Shown here: positions 1 to 13,240 of the stretch, in pieces
Numbering within the stretch: the stretch's first letter is position 1
Layout of the letters: each line of letters starts with the position of its first letter
Source: Tubulanus polymorphus
Lineage: Eukaryota > Animalia > Nemertea
DNA length: 64,000 nucleotides
Direction of reading: 5' to 3'
Assembly: GCF_964204645.1 (NCBI RefSeq)
Contig: NC_134026.1
Coordinates: 1,697,950 to 1,761,949, forward strand
The notes under the pieces: generated by a model
Told to the model about the DNA's origin: nothing
Databases searched by the model: none
The model's input: only the letters and a program-made list of their open reading frames with translations
Translations under genes and position numbers: made by a program

Positions 1-1916
1 TTGCAGTTTTTACACAATCTAGCATTCAGCTGTTTTCATCACTTACTCATGCTCTTTGATTTCTTTGATGCCCATTCTTTTAGCTGCATCATATTCTAAC
101 ATTCCTACAAAAATAAAGATTACAACTGTACTTAAATAACCGGGCACAAGTGAACCAAAAATCAGATGCTCGCTTGCTTTTACCTTTTAAAAGTGAAATG
201 AGTAAAGGTGGCAGATCATCGGGTATCGTATACTCTCCTTTACCTATATTCTCAAACAGTTTATATATATTGTCACCTTCGAATGGATATTTGCCCGTGG
301 TTAAATTGTAGCTAGAAAAAGAGAAACACAAGGGTCAAATGGAGCCAGAAATTTCATACCGCTTCTAGACGAGCCGCTTCATTCGCAGGACACAATACAT
401 TGACTACCAGTGCAGGCCAGTTGAATAAGCCGAAGAGCAACGGGGCTTTGAGATACACAAACTCTCACAACTTCCATGTAAGGTGGACCAGAAGGTTGTA
501 TGAAGATCAAGCATTCTCAGTATGCAGCGCGAGATTGTAGATAAGGTTAAGCACGGGTAGACACAGAAAGGCGCTTTACAAATTGCTCGAATTATTATCA
601 TTACAGCCAATATGTATCAGATAATTCATCCCTTAGGTAAGCTTTACATCTAGGTACAACTTTCAACCCTAAGCTTTGACTGGTATATTTATATGAATTC
701 ATTAAACTTACAGTGTTACTCCCGTTGACCATATGTCCACTTTGAAACCCGAAAAAGTTTCATCACCATTTGCAATCTCGGGCGGTTGAAATGCAGGTGA
801 ACCTTGACTAGTTCTACAAGTATCATCAGGGTTGAACATATCTAGAGCCTGAAAAATCATGAATTCAAAATGCTTGAAATAGAAAAGAAACAATGTGAAA
901 TGTGACAATCCTACAACTAATACACACCTCTGCTACACCAAGATCAGTGATCTTTAGTTTTTCACTGAAAGACAGTAGAAGATTTCCAGGCTTAATATCT
1001 TTATGTACTATGCCTTGAGAATGTAAATATTCTAGCCCTTCTATAAGTTGACAAAAATACCTGAAAATAAAAAAAGAAAGTGAATATTAGATGCCAGGTT
1101 AGTTATTTTCTATCAGAGATCGGGTGAAAACAGATGTAAAACGTATTTTACCCGTGGGTTTGCCAAATAGGGAATTTCTTATCGGGTGCATGCTCTAACA
1201 TTTCCTGTAAGACGGCAACACAAAGCTCCATCACCATATACCTGATTAACGTTATTAAGGTCTATGAAACACACATTTATGCAATTTGAACAACATCCAC
1301 TTTATGGACTCAGAAATATTGACTGGTAAACAATAATTAACAGGTGAAAGGATACATTTTCTGTTTTTCTTCATTGTATAAGACTTCGATAAGTTCGATC
1401 ACATTCGGGTGTTGAAGTCTTTTTAATAGACGAATCTCTCTGCAATAGATAAATCTGAACATTGTAATACTGTCACAATGAGCTTTGATTTTGGACCCCA
1501 GAATCATTTGACAAGCCCTCTCTGATTTATGGGCGTGTCAAATTCGAAAACCTGCATTTAATGGCGTTTTACCTTTGGACATTTTGTTCACCGTTTGGAA
1601 TTTTTCTTAATTTCTTCTTTTTCAATATTTTAACGGCGAGTCTACGTAACGTTTCAGTATCGAGCACCTCTTTAACCTTGCCGTACGAGCCCTCTCCGAG
1701 AACGTCACCCATCAGGTATTTACCGATCAGTTTCGCTCTCTTTTTACGCGGTTGGTAAATGATTTGGTCGGAGTCGACTCGATGGAAAAACATGTTATCG
1801 AATGGTTCATCGTCTCGTAAGAAATCGAGCTCGTCGATGTTACACAGCATTGGATGTTGATAATCGTCATTTCCCAACGCGTATGCTATATCCTGCTCGT
1901 GATGCAGAGCTGCCAT
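1..1916 (-). CDS. STK11: Serine/threonine kinase STK11/LKB1, multi-exon, 3' end runs off the window start
   Basis: Exon 1 (1916-1573) encodes [44 protein letters not shown]...[12 protein letters not shown]. Later exons give [46 protein letters not shown] and [16 protein letters not shown], all diagnostic of LKB1. Confidence 0.97.
330..603 (+). mobile_element. 3' remnant of an L2/CR1-type LINE (or SINE with LINE tail) in a STK11 intron
   Basis: Ends in GGCGCTTTACAAAT...ATTATTATCATT. Just upstream it reads [14 protein letters not shown], resembling the L2 ORF2 C-terminus. The same tail occurs at ~13010-13065 (-). The 5' boundary is approximate. Confidence 0.55.
1242..1355 (-). other. U12-type (minor spliceosome) GT-AG intron, STK11 intron 2
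   Basis: Minus-strand donor is GTATCCTTT. A branch-like ACCTTAAT lies about 12 nt before the CAG and there is no polypyrimidine tract. Splicing restores EEKQKM/YMVMELC. Confidence 0.9.
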
Positions 1917-2190
1917 TTCTCAACAAAGCTCCGCAAAGCACGAGAATAATTATTTAATACAAAAACACGAAAATACAACGCTTGTATTTTGACATTTCTA
2001 GCTGTGATTATCATTTAATTTTTTCAGGAAACCTCAAAACATACCGCGACGCCACCTCGAGGGCTTCACTTTTTACACTATAGCGCGGCACCGCGACAAA
2101 ACCAGAGTCCGAAGTGCGCGGCCGTGTTTCTGTGGCCGCAGCGCGCCGTAGTGCAGTGATGCGTGGATGAATCAATTCAAATGATAATCT

Positions 2191-2240
2191 GTGAAATCCG
2201 TGAAGTTCGTGAAATCCGTGAAATTCGTGAAATCCTTGAA
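2191..2240. repeat. 9-bp tandem repeat (GTGAAATCC/GTGAARTTC, ~5 copies)
   Basis: gtgaaatcc gtgaagttc gtgaaatcc gtgaaattc gtgaaatcc ttgaa. Confidence 0.85.
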
Positions 2241-2800
2241 CTGGCCCTCATGTGATAGCGTGGTTCCGGGCCGTTTGAGGTGCCAATACGTCGATCGACA
2301 GTGACATACTAATGGCCTTGTGGCAGCCCTTTTCCATTTTGCCAACAACAGAAAATTGGTGCATTCACTGCTGCTATTTTGCCTTTTGGACACCAAACCA
2401 AAAAGTATTTGGAATGTGACGTTCTTCAAAATTAGCTTTTAGATCCGTTCCTGGATTTTGATTTTGTGAGATAAGTCGCAACACAATCGTGGGCCATTCG
2501 TACCGTTAAAATTTCGTACCAAAGTCAGTAGCTGGCACGGTCAGTAGCTGGCCCACGGGGCGTGCCTTCAGGACATGTGCCCTCTTCCCGATATGGAACT
2601 GTGATTCATTCTGATCAGAAATGCAAGTAACTAGTACGCGTGCACTTAACTATCGCGTGAAGTCTCGTCAGTCGATTTTGCTGGCCAATATTTGGGGCTG
2701 TGCAAAGTTCAATTTTGAGAGGAAATCGGGTGATTTTCATTTAGACAACTTTCACTAACAACAGTCTATAGGTTGTCGGGCAGCAGATAAAGATTGAAAA

Positions 2801-3704
2801 ATGAAGTTCTTCGTTGTAATTCCGTTAATGTTACTCATATTCGCAAATACGTGCGTACGAAGTGAAAAGGTCAGTAAAGAATAAAGTCATAAATATTTTT
2901 CATTAATAAAGTTTCTGCCTCCCGCAAATTGAGTGTTGTTCGATGCGCATCATGATTTTCTTCGTTGATTTCTCGAATGTACTAAATAACACGTAATCAG
3001 ATTTCGTGTGTTGCCAGAATTTCAACTTGATATATAAAAAATGTAATGAAAATATATCTATAAATCATATGAAAAATATCAAAAAAGTAACTGATATATA
3101 GTTTATAATCATTTTCGACAATTATTGGGTTTGGTTGTCCTGATATCAAATTCCATAGGAATTGTACGTATAAGAAATTAGGTAGAGACATGAAACTACA
3201 ACATTATCGCAAAAAAACGAGTCAAATATGAATAAAAAAACTGAAAAATCTTCTGTTAACTGTCTAAATTTAGGCTGATGATTTGCATCAAATCATGAAA
3301 TAATCTCATCGGCGAAAGATGAAAATTTGAAAAAATGAATTTTCGCCCACTGGTGACTGATTAGTTTCGTTATTTTCTAGGAACTAGAAATAACCAGTAG
3401 CGCTGACGTGGCTACAGAAACCGCTTTGAATTACGATGAGCACCATTTATCAATCGTATCCGATAGAAACTGCAGCCGATCAGAATCAACATCCATCCAA
3501 CTCAGTATCAGAAACAATCCGTACTCAAACTGGGTGATACCGAAATCAAGTCGCGAAGCTCTGATACTGATGTGTTCGTATGGTCTAACCGCTGCCCTCA
3601 CTCTGACTCCGTATGTCACCAAACTATTCGTAGAAAGCTCTGTTTACTTAGTAACACGCGCTTTCACTGGTATCACCGCACTCGTCAACTCGTCAATATC
3701 TTAA
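2801..3704 (+). CDS. Orphan ~130-aa protein with signal peptide; exons 2801-2869 and 3381-3704
   Basis: MKFFVVIPLMLLIFANTCVRSEK ends at an AAG|GTCAGT donor. The TTTTCTAG| acceptor joins in phase 0 to ELEITSSADVATETALNYDEHH...LVNSSIS*. AATAAA at 3735-3740. Confidence 0.65.
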
Positions 3705-4094
3705 TGGCTGTGATCGCAAAGTCTTGCAAGCTTTAATAAACTTAAATGATACAACATCTGGAAGAAAATGTGTATGAATAGTAATTGTTTAGTTCTTGTT
3801 GATTATATACATCAAAATTAAACCATATAGTGTTGATAGTTTTACGTTTTATAACAAAAGTCCATGGTCCAGTTCCGCAGTGGCAAGTTAGAGTTAACTC
3901 TGAACTGAGCCCCACGCGTCAGAACTATCAGATTCTGATTGAATGATTGTAACGTCAATGTCATATCGTGTTCTCATGTTACCAACACCATACTGGTGGT
4001 CACAATACTAAGATTTCCGAAATATAGAAATTGCCATGATATTATCTTAACTATGACAATAGATCGAGTATCGAACCCCGGATATATCGAGCTG

Positions 4095-4315
<221 letters not shown>

Positions 4316-5685
4316 CATCACTCGATCTTAACCCTTTCGTCAATCTCAAAAAGAACAAAAGAAAATGTGTAGTAATCTTTCAAACGTCAAACGCGCAAAC
4401 AGAATAAGACAATACAAAAAAGACTGACGACTACACGTATGCATGTTTTTCACTTAATATATCAAACGATGCGTCCGGCTAACCTTGATAAAACGGAAAT
4501 ATGATGTGATGCTGGAGCACAAAAACCTATTGGACCTAATTGCGAGTGTTGCCAGAATACATTCCATATCCTCATCACCCCACAATATATCCCTCAAAGA
4601 GAAGGTACTTTCGCGAGCTAACAAATTACTTGAATTTATTTCCTGGCTTCCTTTAAAGAATTTCCCTTGTTTTAATAGTTTTTATTTTGTAACTTCTGCA
4701 ATTATCATTTCATATTTCAATGATTTCTTTTTTTTAATCCCAAGACGGAATACACCGCCCCCCCCCCCACCTCATCAGATGGGAATGAGTATCACCGAAA
4801 CCTGTTGATTGCCATTCACAAGTTCTATATACATCTATAATATTCCTCTAGCTCGACCCAATAAAGAATAACGAACGTGTGAGAGAGCTTTATGAATACA
4901 ATTTAGTTTTTGATTTCTATTAGATTTTTAATGGGGAGCAGGGAAAAAATGACGATTGGCATTGAATCTACAGAAATGAGAGACATGTATTTACAGCTCA
5001 GGGAAACAGTAATTACATGAAGTAAAAGCATAACTATGATTAAATCACGTGCACTTCGTGAAAAGTAATTAGGATAATGCACCATATCACGTGATGGATG
5101 GACAATGATGAAGATACCTATATCCATTTGTCTTCTGGCTCTTAAACGAAGTATGACAGCACCGACAAAAGAAAGGTAAGACCATCTTATCTCCAAAAGA
5201 TAAATGCAAAGATAAACAAATAAATGTGAGAAAATTCTAGTATATAGAAAATTGATGAAATCAGTAGAAAGTTGTAAGCTTTAAGCGGGGCGATAATGAT
5301 AATAATTTATTCACTTATTAAGTGTAGATTATGATAGAATGATCTCCACGTTTTTTACGGAATACGAACATAAAGACCGTTAATTAACTGAGATAAGAGT
5401 GATGAAAGGTTGATTAAAAGCTAGTTCTCCTTTAAGGTAGGTTTTAAGATCACGATTAAGACTGAAATTGGAAGGGATTCTTTGATAGAAGATAATTCGT
5501 GGGAACAGGAAATTTTAATGTATTTCAAGTATGAGATTTAGATTTCATAGCTTATTGGATTTAGTAAATAGAAGTAGAAAATAGAATCAAGTTCAAGATA
5601 CATTTAAGATATTTGAGTCTAAAAAGTCGAAAGGTTTGAATCCAAAATGAACCAAACTTTATTGAAGAACTTGTTACGCATATAC

Positions 5686-5772
5686 GACTTAGCTGCATAA
5701 CTACTGGGCAAGAGTTACTATGGTCTTGCGTTCTGAGTACGAGACCCGGGTTCGATCCCAATCAGTGCGCGT
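5686..5772 (+). mobile_element. Degenerate tRNA-derived (SINE-head-like) sequence
   Basis: Pol III B-box-like CCCGGGTTCGATCCC at 5745-5759. I could not fold a clean cloverleaf. Confidence 0.35.
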
Positions 5773-6604
5773 AATTTCACTGTCACTTCTCTTAAATGTT
5801 AAAAAGTAGGTTCTGATTGCTATTGACATTCGTTCGAGGGTTTCGTGGAAAACCCTAGATTTTTTCGAAGCCTTATCTGCGCTATTTTGATCAAAAATGG
5901 CACCAGCTATTCGGGCAATTGCCCTTGAAAAATCCTGGCTTTGGGCAATAAAGGTATTTGCAATAAAAAATCCTTTTGCATTTTACAAGCTGATAGTAAC
6001 GCTCGAAACAGGTTATCTTTATTATGAAAATAGTTTATCTTTACTGACAGTACGTACTGAAGCTTTTCGAGACTTAATGATACCACGTATGAAAAAAATG
6101 AAAAGAATGTTATTCAGTCCAGTCCAAAAGTCGATAAAGCGATATTCAAATGTTAAAAAGTGTACCTGCTTTAAGACAAAAATGAATTTGAAAAACTCCA
6201 CCTTTCTAAATAAACCAAGCGAAGAAAATGAAGGGGTTGGGCAGAAAATTTCTCAAAATGGATGACCGTCAATTAACATTACCGATGAGCAAATGATAAT
6301 CTAATTCATATAATGGCCATATTTTGTAACGTGAGCACAGCAGTAATGGAGAACCCCGCACCCCGGAAACAAATTTAATTAGATATGATTATCTACATTC
6401 GCCGGGTATGATTCAACTCTCTGGTGACAACTCGATATTTTTTTTTCATATTCACACAGATAACCCGCGCTGCATGGCGACGTTAAATTCAAAATAGCAG
6501 CTCATGAAATTGATAGTTTTTCTTCAAATAAACACTTTTCATTTACTTTTTTTACACGCGTGCGTGGATGATACTTATATAATAGCAGTCCTGATTTCAA
6601 CCAA

Positions 6605-8068
6605 ATGGGCACAATATCCACTGAAATAGAAATGAATGACTACATCATTGGCAGACGTCGTCAGGTAATGTATATTTATACTGTTATTTTCACATGAAAA
6701 CATATTCCTCATTTGACACACGGCGAATAATAAAACGATCTTTCGAACTTCATAGTTTCTTTCTTTTTACGAATACAGAGACGAAACAGGACGACATTTT
6801 CACCTCAACAACTGTCCGCTTTAGAGGAACTATTTTCACGCACTCATTACCCGGATATTTTCGTCAGGGAAGATTTAGCTCTTCGTACAAATCTCACTGA
6901 AGCTCGAGTTCAGGTAAAAAACTGGTCTGCGAAAGACATATAATTGATTCGAGGGATTGAGAAATATACATATTGTTTATGAGTGTGGTGTAGATTTAAT
7001 CAGTCTGATTACTAGTCTTTTACTGACCTAAACTAATATAGAAACAGATTTGTACACCTTAACAATGAAGTTGTCACTAACTTGATTGTCATTTCTAACC
7101 AGCGTATCGTCGGTGATCAAAATGACTAAATGTTGGTTCAATTAATTAAGGGAAGAGCGAGAGAATTAGTTACATAAGGCGTGACGTGTAATTACTTTGA
7201 TTAATGTTTATAGGTTTGGTTTCAAAATCGACGCGCTAAATGGAGAAAGAATGCTCGACTTCGACTTGGACGCGGGGCGTTAGCACCTGCAGCTCTCAAT
7301 TTTACCACATCGGGCTGGTCGTTGCATACACCGCCGAGTGTATTCTACCCAACAATGGCTAGATCCCCGGCTAATATGCCGACTTTAACTACAGCGGCAA
7401 TACCAAATCCATTGCTGTACCATGGCGATCCATATATACCAAACAGGTAAATTACAGTTGCTTGATGTATTGACGGAAAACAGTATAATACGTCACATTA
7501 TAGATCAGTTGTGAATCAATTTAGGAATTTTAAACCTATTTAAGATTACTGAAATCTTGTTTAAGAATCGTACTATCAACTATAAACTCATGTTTAAGAA
7601 TCGCTCTATCGCTACTAACTTGAAAAATTCGTCTAATTTTCTCATTGGGTCCACGACGCCCACCTGAGTCCATGTTAATCATCTCCAGAAGTCGGCAAAC
7701 GCCTGTCTATTTATTCATCACCACAGACGCACGTGATCGTGATCCTACGTAGTTCTACCAGCTTTCATTAATCCCATTAATTGATTTTGAATGTTATCCT
7801 TCTTTATGTCATTGTCACTGGTATTTTAACAAAGTTAAAGCAGATACCGATCGTATTTTGCAGAATTGGTGATGCTCGAAGCAAAGAAGCCGTGGACAGA
7901 TATTTGTCCATGTGTTCGTGTCCTGTTAACGGTATTACGAACGACTTCAGGAGGGTCAACGGAAATGACGATTCTTGCGGATACGGTCAAATAAAAATAC
8001 CATGTAAACATACAGAAAACATGGAAACCATACACGAAGAGATGCAAAACTCATCTCGCAAGAAATGA
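6605..8068 (+). CDS. PRD-class Q50 homeobox protein (CG11294/Drgx-like); exons 6605-6664, 6779-6913, 7214-7446, 7864-8068
   Basis: Spliced homeodomain RRQ|[45 protein letters not shown]|[15 protein letters not shown], with an intron at the PRD-typical Q46/V47 position. It is missed by the ORF track. Confidence 0.93.
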
Positions 8069-8738
8069 ATGAAATGTAGTAGTTTTGGATCAAAATGGCT
8101 GACTTCTTATTTCTCTCTGGAAAATGATAATAACAATACTGTATCTTGGGGAAAATATGACGCCATTTAATTTAGTTTCGTCTTTACAATGTTTATCTAT
8201 CCCCAAATATAGAAATTCATTAATACCTGCCCACTGTCGACTCGAATCCACGATCAATGTTGTATAAATATCAAGGTGTTTCCAGATATTTACTTTTCGC
8301 ACGCAACTTTTCCAATGCGCTCCGAAGCAGGTAATGTGATAACAGATCCCCATTTTTTACACGAGGGACTGCGTGCAATATTTCTGTAATATGGTGTAGT
8401 GCACAAAAACTAAATAAAATATTTAATGTAAAACCAGTTCGAAATATATTGATAAATCAGTAGATCTTGAACAGTCATTTCACAAGGCTGAATTTTATTT
8501 TGTAAGCGGCGGGACTGTCTCGCATAATGTATCTCTCAGTATTCGATTGATTGTGGTAACATTGTTTTTTTGTGTGTTATCTCTGGATTTCCACATAGTT
8601 CCCTCTTACAATGAAAATAAATCTATGATTATGATGGTAACAAGCTGTTGTTTGTTGTAATTGCTATCAAATAAGGAAGTAAATGTTCGAATTCCAAAGA
8701 ACCCTAATAGCAGGTACGCGTATATACAAGGCTGAAAG

Positions 8739-11585
8739 ATGAAGGGAGGATTTGGAAAAGCGTGTTGCAGCACTCTTCGAGACTTGTTTTATGTGTACGA
8801 AACGCCCAAAATTGTCCATATCAAAAACTATAAAATCGGACTGTGTAATCGTTTTGTACAACTCAGTATAATAAGCTACGTGATCGGGTAAGTGGTATAC
8901 CAGTCATAAACGAGATGAATTTAGATCATGTGCTTTTTGACATGATTCGAGGACCAATTTCTGGAACCAACTTCAAATACGTATATAAATTTTTCTGTTA
9001 AGTTGGGTATTGATAGCCAATAAAGGTTACCAGGCCCAGGATCAACTGATATTCAGTACAACATCTAAAGTGAAGGGAACTATATATTCAACTGGAGGAA
9101 TACCTGGTGCACAGCGCAGAATCTGGGATGAGGCTGATATTGTGATTCCACCACAGGTATGTTACTTTAGGCGAATCACGACAACGTTCCGCACAGCTCT
9201 TGGTTGATATTTTTAAAACGCTTATGTCCAATCTTGGAGTAATCAGACTGGATTACTCCAAGGTCCAATGCACATGATGCATGGAAACACAGGAAACAGA
9301 AACATTCCCAGAAACGTTCAGGTCTCCCGTGTCGTCTGTGTCCGCGAGTAACGGAAAACATGGTTCCAGGAAACAATGGTTACCGAGATCAAAGAGTTTG
9401 ATTCCGTGTTTCCCTGCGTCGTGTGCGTGTGCGTTTATTAAACTAACATTTTACAAACGAGTCTATAACTAATTACTGTGGTACTGAATCACTTGTTCAA
9501 TATAACCTTGAAGTAATCATTTCAAATAATTACTCCAAGATATAACAGTCTCCCGCCTGTAGAATTAGGTTGCCTGAAAAATATAAGTAATCTAACCACG
9601 TCCAGGTGTAAAAGCTTTGGCCACCTTGTCCAAATCGGTGCTATGGACCTACTGCCCAGCTGCATGCATTTCTACATCAGTAAGTTTGCAAAATATCGAT
9701 TGATACCAGGAAATTGTTGTTCATCCTCTGTCAGGAAACAAACGCTTTTTTCATCGCGACGAATTTCATAACGACAAACAATCAGTCACAAGGATTCTGC
9801 GCAGAGGCAAGTGACTATCAATCTCGATTCGTGTGTTCGATAAAACATGCAAATACCGTTAATTGATGCGCCATATATAATCACTCTTTCAGCAACCAAA
9901 ACGAAATTCAATCTGTAAGAATGAAACAGATTGTAAAAAAGGACGTATTGTTCCAGGTGGACATGGTCAGTATTCTGAATATCGTATTGCGCAATTATCC
10001 TAAAACGTCATCTTGAATCGTCGTATATTTCCTAATGTTTAAGGAGTTCAAACTGGACGATGTATTGAATCAGATGTCAAAACCGCAGAAGATGTCAAAG
10101 TGTGTGAAATATTTGCATGGTGCCCGATTGAAAGGCGCGAGTCAATGTAAGAAGGCGGGCGACAGTACCTGAAATCTACGAGCAATCATCTCAACATCAG
10201 AATATATTCTGGTTGCGCGGCGCCCTTCGGAATCGCCATAATAGGGAATAATTGAAATCCGAAAAAGATTCGATTGATAGTTTTCCGAGCTTCCTTATAT
10301 TTACGAGGCGTTTTTTTCGATGATTTTCAATGATATTTTGTCTATATTAATATTTCGTCCAATCATCAAGATTCAATATTTCAGACTGAATCAAACATAT
10401 CTGGACATCTCGAATGTTACCGTAATGATTAAGAACCACATCAAGTTTCCCAAACTTAACGTTGTGAGGTAAAGAACGTTAACCTAATAGTTTATACTTT
10501 TGAGCCCAATCTATTTACCCTGCCTGTATAGTTAGTTCCCCTTGTGTTTTTCCGAGTCTGAATCTAAAACATTTCTATTTCTTTTTGAACATCTAGGAAC
10601 AATTTGCTTTTCACAGATCGTGTGTGTTTTTACAACGCCAGCGATCCGATAAAGCGATATTCCTGTCCGATATTCAGGTTAGCTGATATTCTAAAAGAAG
10701 CCAAGGTCAAACGAGAAGATATCTCAATTTACGTAAATACAGTTTCAATATTTCTCATCATATATACTGGCAATTTATGTCAATGTATCTCAATTGCGTG
10801 TCTTTCATGCAGTCATAAGGGATTGACATCATATTTTCTCTAAATTCCTGGACACATTTTGTTTTTTTCTAGGGAGGTGTCATTATTATCATGATTCGTT
10901 GGGATTGTAATCTCGATCGAGGTGAAGATGCCTGCCTACCGAAATATAAATTCGTAAGGCTTAATCACATCGGAACCACGTTCAGCACAGGTTGGAATTT
11001 CAGGTATCTATCAATATGCATTTAATTCTATGTAAGTTATTTGTAATTGACCATCTTACAAATAATCTCAAACATCACGAAATCTGCCGTTTAGTGAAAA
11101 TGACCAAATAGCACTAAGAAACCAAAATACGATAGGCTGCATCGAGAAATATTTATGAATTTCATAATTTTCTTTAAAAAACAGATACGCCGAACACTAC
11201 ATGGATTTAGGCGTGCAAAAAAGAAATCTAGTGAAAGTATTTGGAATTCGATTCATTGTGCTCGTGCAAGGTACGGCCGGGAAATTTAACGTGATTCCGC
11301 TTTTACAAAATGTCGGAAGTGGATTGGCAATTTTATCCGTGGTGAGAAACTCTATTTCTGTGTCGTATTCATTATCACAAGAATAGCTGAAATAGAAGCT
11401 ATTTTTCACATTTCTCACAGGCTACGATACTATGCGATGTATTCGTGTTGTATTGTCTGAGGGATAGGGCGTACTACAGGCGAAATAAATTCAAATACGT
11501 CGAAGAGATAGATGGTAATGACGATGACATTCAGAACGGCGAAGGAACGGCATTGAATTTGAATAAAACTCAAACCTATCAATAA
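8739..11585 (+). CDS. P2X purinoceptor (ATP-gated cation channel), 10 coding exons
   Basis: YETPK N-terminal motif, KGYQ, SKVKG, IWDEAD, NAFFIATN, CEIFAWCPIE, CPIFRL, WDCNLD, GWNFRYA, LVKVFGIRF, GKFNVIP..GSGLAI, C-terminal YYRRNK. All 10 ectodomain cysteines are present. One GC-AG intron (GAG|GCAAGT at ~9807). Confidence 0.96.
9270..9426. mobile_element. MITE-like element in P2X intron 2
   Basis: Imperfect terminal inverted repeats: GCACATGATGCATGGAAACAC versus the reverse complement of the right end, GCACACGACGCAGGGAAACAC. Confidence 0.65.
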
Positions 11586-12546
11586 CTGAAACTTGTCCGA
11601 ATCAGCCACCATAGAAACCAGTCGGAGAACAGATTTTGCAGACACCAGAATATTTTTTCGGTGGACATTTCTATCATTATAATCGAATGGATATCGTGTT
11701 TTAAACGGTAGCAATGCATGTGGCGCAGCCTTTACCTGATAGCAGTCCCCAATCCTTGGCTCCCTTGTTTTTCAGAATACGGTACCTTTGATTGAACTGG
11801 GGGGGGGGGGGGGGGCACTAAAATGTGCTCACTGTATTAAATGTAAATCTTGATTGTGCAGCATATGAGTCAGATAAGATATACGTATAATCTCAGGTCC
11901 AAATAGGGACAACATGGCAAGTGATAAAGCAAAATCAAGGAGACAAACTAGAAATATTTTCAGAAGATATCATCGTTGTATTTTTCATATGAATTCGAGA
12001 ATAAAAACAATGATTCTTTGGATTTTATCAACTTAATTTTGTAGAAGATATAGAATTGATAACAATCAGTAACATTTTTTAACAATCAATTTTTCCAAAA
12101 AAGACAAAAACTTGATAATATTTAAGGATTTAGAATTTATATTTGATGCCGCATGAGAATTAAGCCAACATTTGGGAATCGAATTCGAATTAAAGATTAA
12201 CATAGAATTTGTTTTGGCAGCTTCAACTATTGAAGTGGAAACCAGCACTTTTTAAAGAGTGTTTGATAGGATAAATATAAAGTGTATACAAAAATAGGTG
12301 CTACGTAACAAATTTATCGAGTAAGCCCTAGACGGAATGAAATTTCCTTTTCAAAAATAATACGTTGAATGTTGCCTATATAAGTCGAGAGTGCTAGCAA
12401 TATAAAGCAAAGTTACAAGCATATTTTGAAGACTAGAAATTTGGACCTCGGGCTCTTCATAAAATGTTTTTTTAAATAAATAATTTAATTAATTTGCTAC
12501 AATTTTCTTCAGATATAATTTGTAATATAAATAAAATATGGAATGT

Positions 12547-12547
12547 G

Positions 12548-12617
<70 letters not shown>
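12547..12617. repeat. (TA)n microsatellite
   Basis: Long TA run. Confidence 0.97.
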
Positions 12618-12623
<6 letters not shown>

Positions 12624-13008
12624 GACTCTGGATAGTTAATAAACAGGTAGTAAGTAGTAAGTATGATAACAAGAGTTAATGTATGATTAATATCTCTAAC
12701 AAGTGATCATTTTTGGACTATATTCCACAATAAACAGCTCCTACTCATTGATTGTCATGCTACATTTCGATAATATTATCATATTTTTTACATAAATAGA
12801 ATCAGCTTGCCACTGAAACGTGATTTCTAGTTCATTTCTCAGGTCATTACATTTCACAGTTTGAGTTCCAAATGAAGTTCCGCTTCAGACTAAAAGTAAA
12901 TTTTTGTTGGTTTTTTTCCGATAATCCAGGAACTGGGTTTCATTCGCTTGAGGCTTATTTTTAGCGAAACCCAAAGCATGTTTTTTTTCGAATGTTTTCT
13001 AACAGTAA

Positions 13009-13240
13009 AATGATAATGATAATAATAATATTAATGATAATCAATACTTGTAAAGCGCCTATTTCTCTGTATACCAAAGTTCACCAGCGTTGTAAATGGT
13101 CAAGCAAATCATTGATAAGCCATTTGAAACTGTCCAGATCTGAGGCACAGCGAAGATTTTCATCAGCGTGATTCCAACGGGATGAGTAAACAGATTCAAC
13201 CACCAAAAGCCTTGAGTCGGTATAATGTGCCAAAAGACAA
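13009..13240 (-). mobile_element. L2/CR1-type LINE 3' fragment
   Basis: Minus strand reads RWNHADENLRCASDLDSFKWL (resembling the WN.LP..LR.A.SL..FK ORF2 end), then GGCGCTTTACAAGT and an (ATT/ATC)n tail. Confidence 0.6.

Noticed and set aside
4485-6265. Short intergenic ORFs (4485-4808, 4903-5196, 5897-6265)
   Set aside because: AT-rich chance ORFs with no recognisable motifs or coherent splice structure.
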